From a virus (taxonomy: Duplodnaviria; Heunggongvirae; Uroviricota; Caudoviricetes), in the IMG/VR virus record IMGVR_UViG_2541047728_000005: DNA of 47,804 nucleotides, one strand, 5' to 3'. A program made the translations under genes and the position numbers. This document shows positions 44,731-47,804 of the stretch, piece after piece. The notes under the pieces were generated by a model. It made no database searches. It saw only the letters and a list, made by a program, of their open reading frames with translations, and was not told the origin of the DNA. The number at the start of each line of letters is the position of its first letter. The first letter of the stretch is position 1.

Positions 44731-47576
44731 TATGCAAGCCTCACAATATAATTAAATGCGATGTTTTTAACGGTGTTTTCCGCGTTACCAGCAGCGTTAA
44801 CGGTGATGGTGTGTCCATGTGAACCAATCGCAACAGAGTGCGTATGAGCGCCAATACCAACAGTGTGTGCATGTGCCCCAGCACTTGTAGCGGTACCTGA
44901 TACTGAGTGGGTATGTGCGCCAGAAGAAGGCACAGTTCCATTCCCCACCACCGTGCCACTTGATGAACCATCCAGCCAGTCGAAATTCATACCGCCACTG
45001 TTTGGTCTCCTTAATGGAACGGTATGAGTATGTGCGCCAGCACTATTTGCAGTACCAGATACATTATGGGTATGTGCACCTGTGTTATTCGTTGATTTAG
45101 TACCGTAATCAAACGACGATGTGGTTTTCGTACCCAAATCCGTATTGGATGCGCTGGCACTGTGGGTGTGCGATTTAATGCCATCCTGTTCCTGAGACAA
45201 TACGGCCCGACCACTGGCGGGTTTGCCCTTGATTGTCCAGCCGCGCATATCTGGAATAACACCAGAAGGATAGGCAATAGCCAGTTTCGGATATGCTGCC
45301 TTATCAAACGTCTGCCCCAGCATGATTGCATAACCTGCAGGTGGCGTATCTGATGGCCACGGCAGCGGAACACCTGGCGGAAACGCTTCAATATTTGCCG
45401 AGCCGTCAAATTTTACGCCGTTAATTGTCCTTGCCGTTTTCAGCTTTGTTGCTGTAGCAGCATTGCCGGATAGTTCGCCTGAAAGACCACCGCTGAATGT
45501 CTGTTTCGCCATCCATGTCTGAGCTTCGTCGATAATTGGCACACGTCTTGTCGTGATCGTGCGGCTTCCCGGATTTCCTGAAATGCGAACCATAAAAAAG
45601 CGGTAGTTGGCTTTACTTACAGTGCTGCGCCATACATGCATTGAGCGTCCCGAACCAGAATCATCACTCGGACCGACTGAGATGTTTATCAGGTTGCCAT
45701 CAATGACGCCCCAGTCCATACCGTCGGGAATATTGGTCATGTTATCAAGCCGAACGGTTATCAGACTGCCCGGCACAAAATCGTAGGTCTGCCAGTCCAG
45801 GCTGGTGAGCTTTGCCACAGCACCGCCGATACCCAGATTCAGGGGAAGTGAATACGAGGTGTAGACTTCCCGCCATTCGCTCCATGAGCTGCCGGTAAAG
45901 ACGCGCTCAAAGGTGCGGCCTTTAAGGGTTGTACCTGTTCCGGCAGTTGTATAACGCTGCCATACATTAACACCATCAAAGCGCCTCAACACCTCCAGAA
46001 TACCGAGGACTGTCACGCCGTTTCCGTCCAGTATTGGACCGTTGGTCGCTTTACCTGTAACGCTGTAAATACCTGGTGAGGTTACATCATTCAAATCACC
46101 GTCGTAATAACGACTCTCTGACTGATGACCGACTCTTAACCACGGTTCCCACTGCGGATTTGATGCATCCCAGCTTGCCGCAAGACAGCGGACATACATA
46201 TTTCCACGGCGAGTGGTATAACGTTGCGTTCTTCCATAATTTCCGCCTTCGAGGATCTCAAGCATCCCCTGAGCAAAGCCGCCTTCCTCTGGATAATTGC
46301 GTTCATATGAAGCTATAGCTGAGCTACTGTTACGCCATAAACCAAGATGCTCGGCGGCTCCAAGCGTATTCAGGTCTATAGTCGTACTCAAAGGGCGGGT
46401 AGCAGATTGAGTGTGACGCCATACGCCCCACGGACCATCAGTGCCATTCCACTTATTGGCGAGTTTACGCATGTATACATTGCCGTCTCTCGTGGTAAAG
46501 CGTTGCGTACCTGCAAAATTGCCGGCAGCAAAAACCTCAAGCACACCGACAGCATTATCTTCCGGGAAATTTTTCTCCAGTGTTGCGTTGGTGGATGTTG
46601 CTTTAGACCAGATACCTGAATAAGCCTTAACAGGACCAAACGTATTCAGATCAGCATCAAGCGGCATTTCGCCATTGTTTTTCATAAACGTCAGGCTGGT
46701 AACGCCAACATTGTCCAGAAAAGCTGATTTATCCTGGATATCTGCACCGTTCTGATTTTTCGCCAGACGTGAATTTGCGTTGTCATTTGCTGCCTTGACC
46801 GCTTTTGGCGTTGCCGCCTGCGTTTCAGACGTACTGTTAGTGGCACTACTGAGCTGAACAATCCCTTTTCGCGCCGTGGTAGCGTCCTGTGCGGTGTATT
46901 TAGCGTTAGCCAGGTCATATGCAGCCTTAACAGCCTTAGGCGTCGCTGCGAGCTTTTCAGACGTGCTATTGGTGGCATTACTGAGTTGAACAATGCCTTT
47001 TGATGTTAAAGTTGCATCAGGATGATTACGTGATTGCTCATGTTTTACAATAGCTTGCTTAAGCCGCTTTGCTGAAACAGCCAAGGAATCATCTGTACCT
47101 GCATCAATTTCTTGTTCATTAGCAAATCTTGCTACTCCAACAACAGTTTCGGTTGCGGGAGGGTTAATAAACTCAACATCACCAAATGTAATGTTTTTAG
47201 TATCAAGATTTTTAATTGCTATATCACTTGATATTAAAGCAATTGTAGAAGATGCTTTATTTATTATTACTTGTTCTTGCGAGTATACAGCAAACAATGT
47301 TCCTTTATTTGTATACAAACCTATTGTATGGACAACATACTCATCTTTACTATCATCCTTCGCAGTTACATGAATGGTATCAGGAGAAACGACTTTGCCT
47401 CCTATTGTGGTAAGTCGCTTTATTTCATCTGTTATTTTTGTTTGTGTGGTTGATGTGGCATAATATCTACTACCTAAACCAACAGAAACGATCTCAACTT
47501 TATTTGTTCCAGTCTTGTTGGCATTAACCAGCGCCTTACGCCCGGCGTCAGTCATCGTAAATAATAATTTACTCAC
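44730..47576 (-). CDS. Tail fibre protein (P2 gpH / lambda Stf-like) with C-terminal HxH repeat tip
   Basis: 948 aa, GTG start with AAGGAA RBS; duplicated [27 protein letters not shown] motif as in P2 gpH; C-terminal GAHTHxV repeats. Confidence 0.85.
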   Translation of the reverse strand: MSKLLFTMTDAGRKALVNANKTGTNKVEIVSVGLGSRYYATSTTQTKITDEIKRLTTIGGKVVSPDTIHVTAKDDSKDEYVVHTIGLYTNKGTLFAVYSQEQVIINKASSTIALISSDIAIKNLDTKNITFGDVEFINPPATETVVGVARFANEQEIDAGTDDSLAVSAKRLKQAIVKHEQSRNHPDATLTSKGIVQLSNATNSTSEKLAATPKAVKAAYDLANAKYTAQDATTARKGIVQLSSATNSTSETQAATPKAVKAANDNANSRLAKNQNGADIQDKSAFLDNVGVTSLTFMKNNGEMPLDADLNTFGPVKAYSGIWSKATSTNATLEKNFPEDNAVGVLEVFAAGNFAGTQRFTTRDGNVYMRKLANKWNGTDGPWGVWRHTQSATRPLSTTIDLNTLGAAEHLGLWRNSSSAIASYERNYPEEGGFAQGMLEILEGGNYGRTQRYTTRRGNMYVRCLAASWDASNPQWEPWLRVGHQSESRYYDGDLNDVTSPGIYSVTGKATNGPILDGNGVTVLGILEVLRRFDGVNVWQRYTTAGTGTTLKGRTFERVFTGSSWSEWREVYTSYSLPLNLGIGGAVAKLTSLDWQTYDFVPGSLITVRLDNMTNIPDGMDWGVIDGNLINISVGPSDDSGSGRSMHVWRSTVSKANYRFFMVRISGNPGSRTITTRRVPIIDEAQTWMAKQTFSGGLSGELSGNAATATKLKTARTINGVKFDGSANIEAFPPGVPLPWPSDTPPAGYAIMLGQTFDKAAYPKLAIAYPSGVIPDMRGWTIKGKPASGRAVLSQEQDGIKSHTHSASASNTDLGTKTTSSFDYGTKSTNNTGAHTHNVSGTANSAGAHTHTVPLRRPNSGGMNFDWLDGSSSGTVVGNGTVPSSGAHTHSVSGTATSAGAHAHTVGIGAHTHSVAIGSHGHTITVNAAGNAENTVKNIAFNYIVRLA

Positions 47577-47606
47577 GCTTAATTCCTTGGATTAACAAAT
47601 CGCAAA

Positions 47607-47804
47607 TTAGCACTCACCAATTAATCGTACATAAGACACAGGCTGGAAAGCACCGACAATACCAACACCACCTGAAACATTGGTTGCTTGCGAAAATGTA
47701 AATAGTGTTCTTGCCGACTTTGCACTCTTGATACTTCTTAACGTATCCTCCAACATCTCTTTCGAAGGAACAGCACCATCAAAAGAGTTAATCGAAGCAA
47801 CAAT
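47607..47804 (-). CDS. Tail protein I (gpI-like), 3' part continuing from 1..479 across the circular junction
   Basis: Reading frame from 479 continues through 47709 to TAA at 47609..47607; 47710..47804 duplicates 1..95. Confidence 0.65.
   Translation of the reverse strand: MVASINSFDGAVPSKEMLEDTLRSIKSAKSARTLFTFSQATNVSGGVGIVGAFQPVSYVRLIGEC

Noticed and set aside
44730-47576. Diversity-generating retroelement or invertible segment acting on the tail fibre
   Set aside because: No reverse transcriptase, template repeat or invertase gene is present; the nucleotide repeats in the fibre gene (about 46790..46990) reflect the protein-level tandem duplication.
1-47804. CRISPR array or cas genes
   Set aside because: No regularly spaced direct repeats with unique spacers were seen; the repeated elements present are promoter cassettes and TATA-rich palindromes, not CRISPR repeats.

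Overview
This window appears to be a complete circular phage-plasmid of about 47.7 kb: the first 95 bp (1..95) are repeated exactly at 47710..47804, and the tail gene I reading frame runs across that junction. All calls are from reading the sequence and ORF track by eye; no searches or computations were run. About 37 kb is one minus-strand block: lambdoid early/nin-like genes and a putative Q antiterminator, a lysis cassette (holin, GH108 endolysin, spanins), a tRNA with CAT anticodon, an MT-A70 DNA methyltransferase, a cluster of three ParB-N-domain proteins (one fused to a SAM methyltransferase), lambda-type packaging and head genes (TerS, TerL, gpW, portal, ClpP-like protease, decoration, gpE-like capsid) and a Mu/P2-type contractile tail (sheath, tube, frameshifted chaperone, tape measure, baseplate D/V/W/J/I, HxH-repeat tail fibre, Tfa). 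The remaining ~10 kb is a plasmid/immunity backbone: a cI-like repressor with ACCAC-N5-GTGGT operators, type Ib-like ParA/RHH partition genes, an ORF6N antirepressor operon behind a highly structured leader, HigB/HigA, an IncFII-type RepA with a CopA-like antisense unit and a DnaA-box origin, and an AT-rich hexapeptide acetyltransferase moron. No integrase, excisionase or protelomerase was recognised. The most unusual signals are (i) palindromic TATA-rich repeat arrays at eight loci including upstream of parA, (ii) a ~105-bp promoter-leader cassette present three times, (iii) a candidate type I toxin-sRNA pair next to the antirepressor operon, and (iv) the ParB-N/methyltransferase cluster upstream of the terminase.
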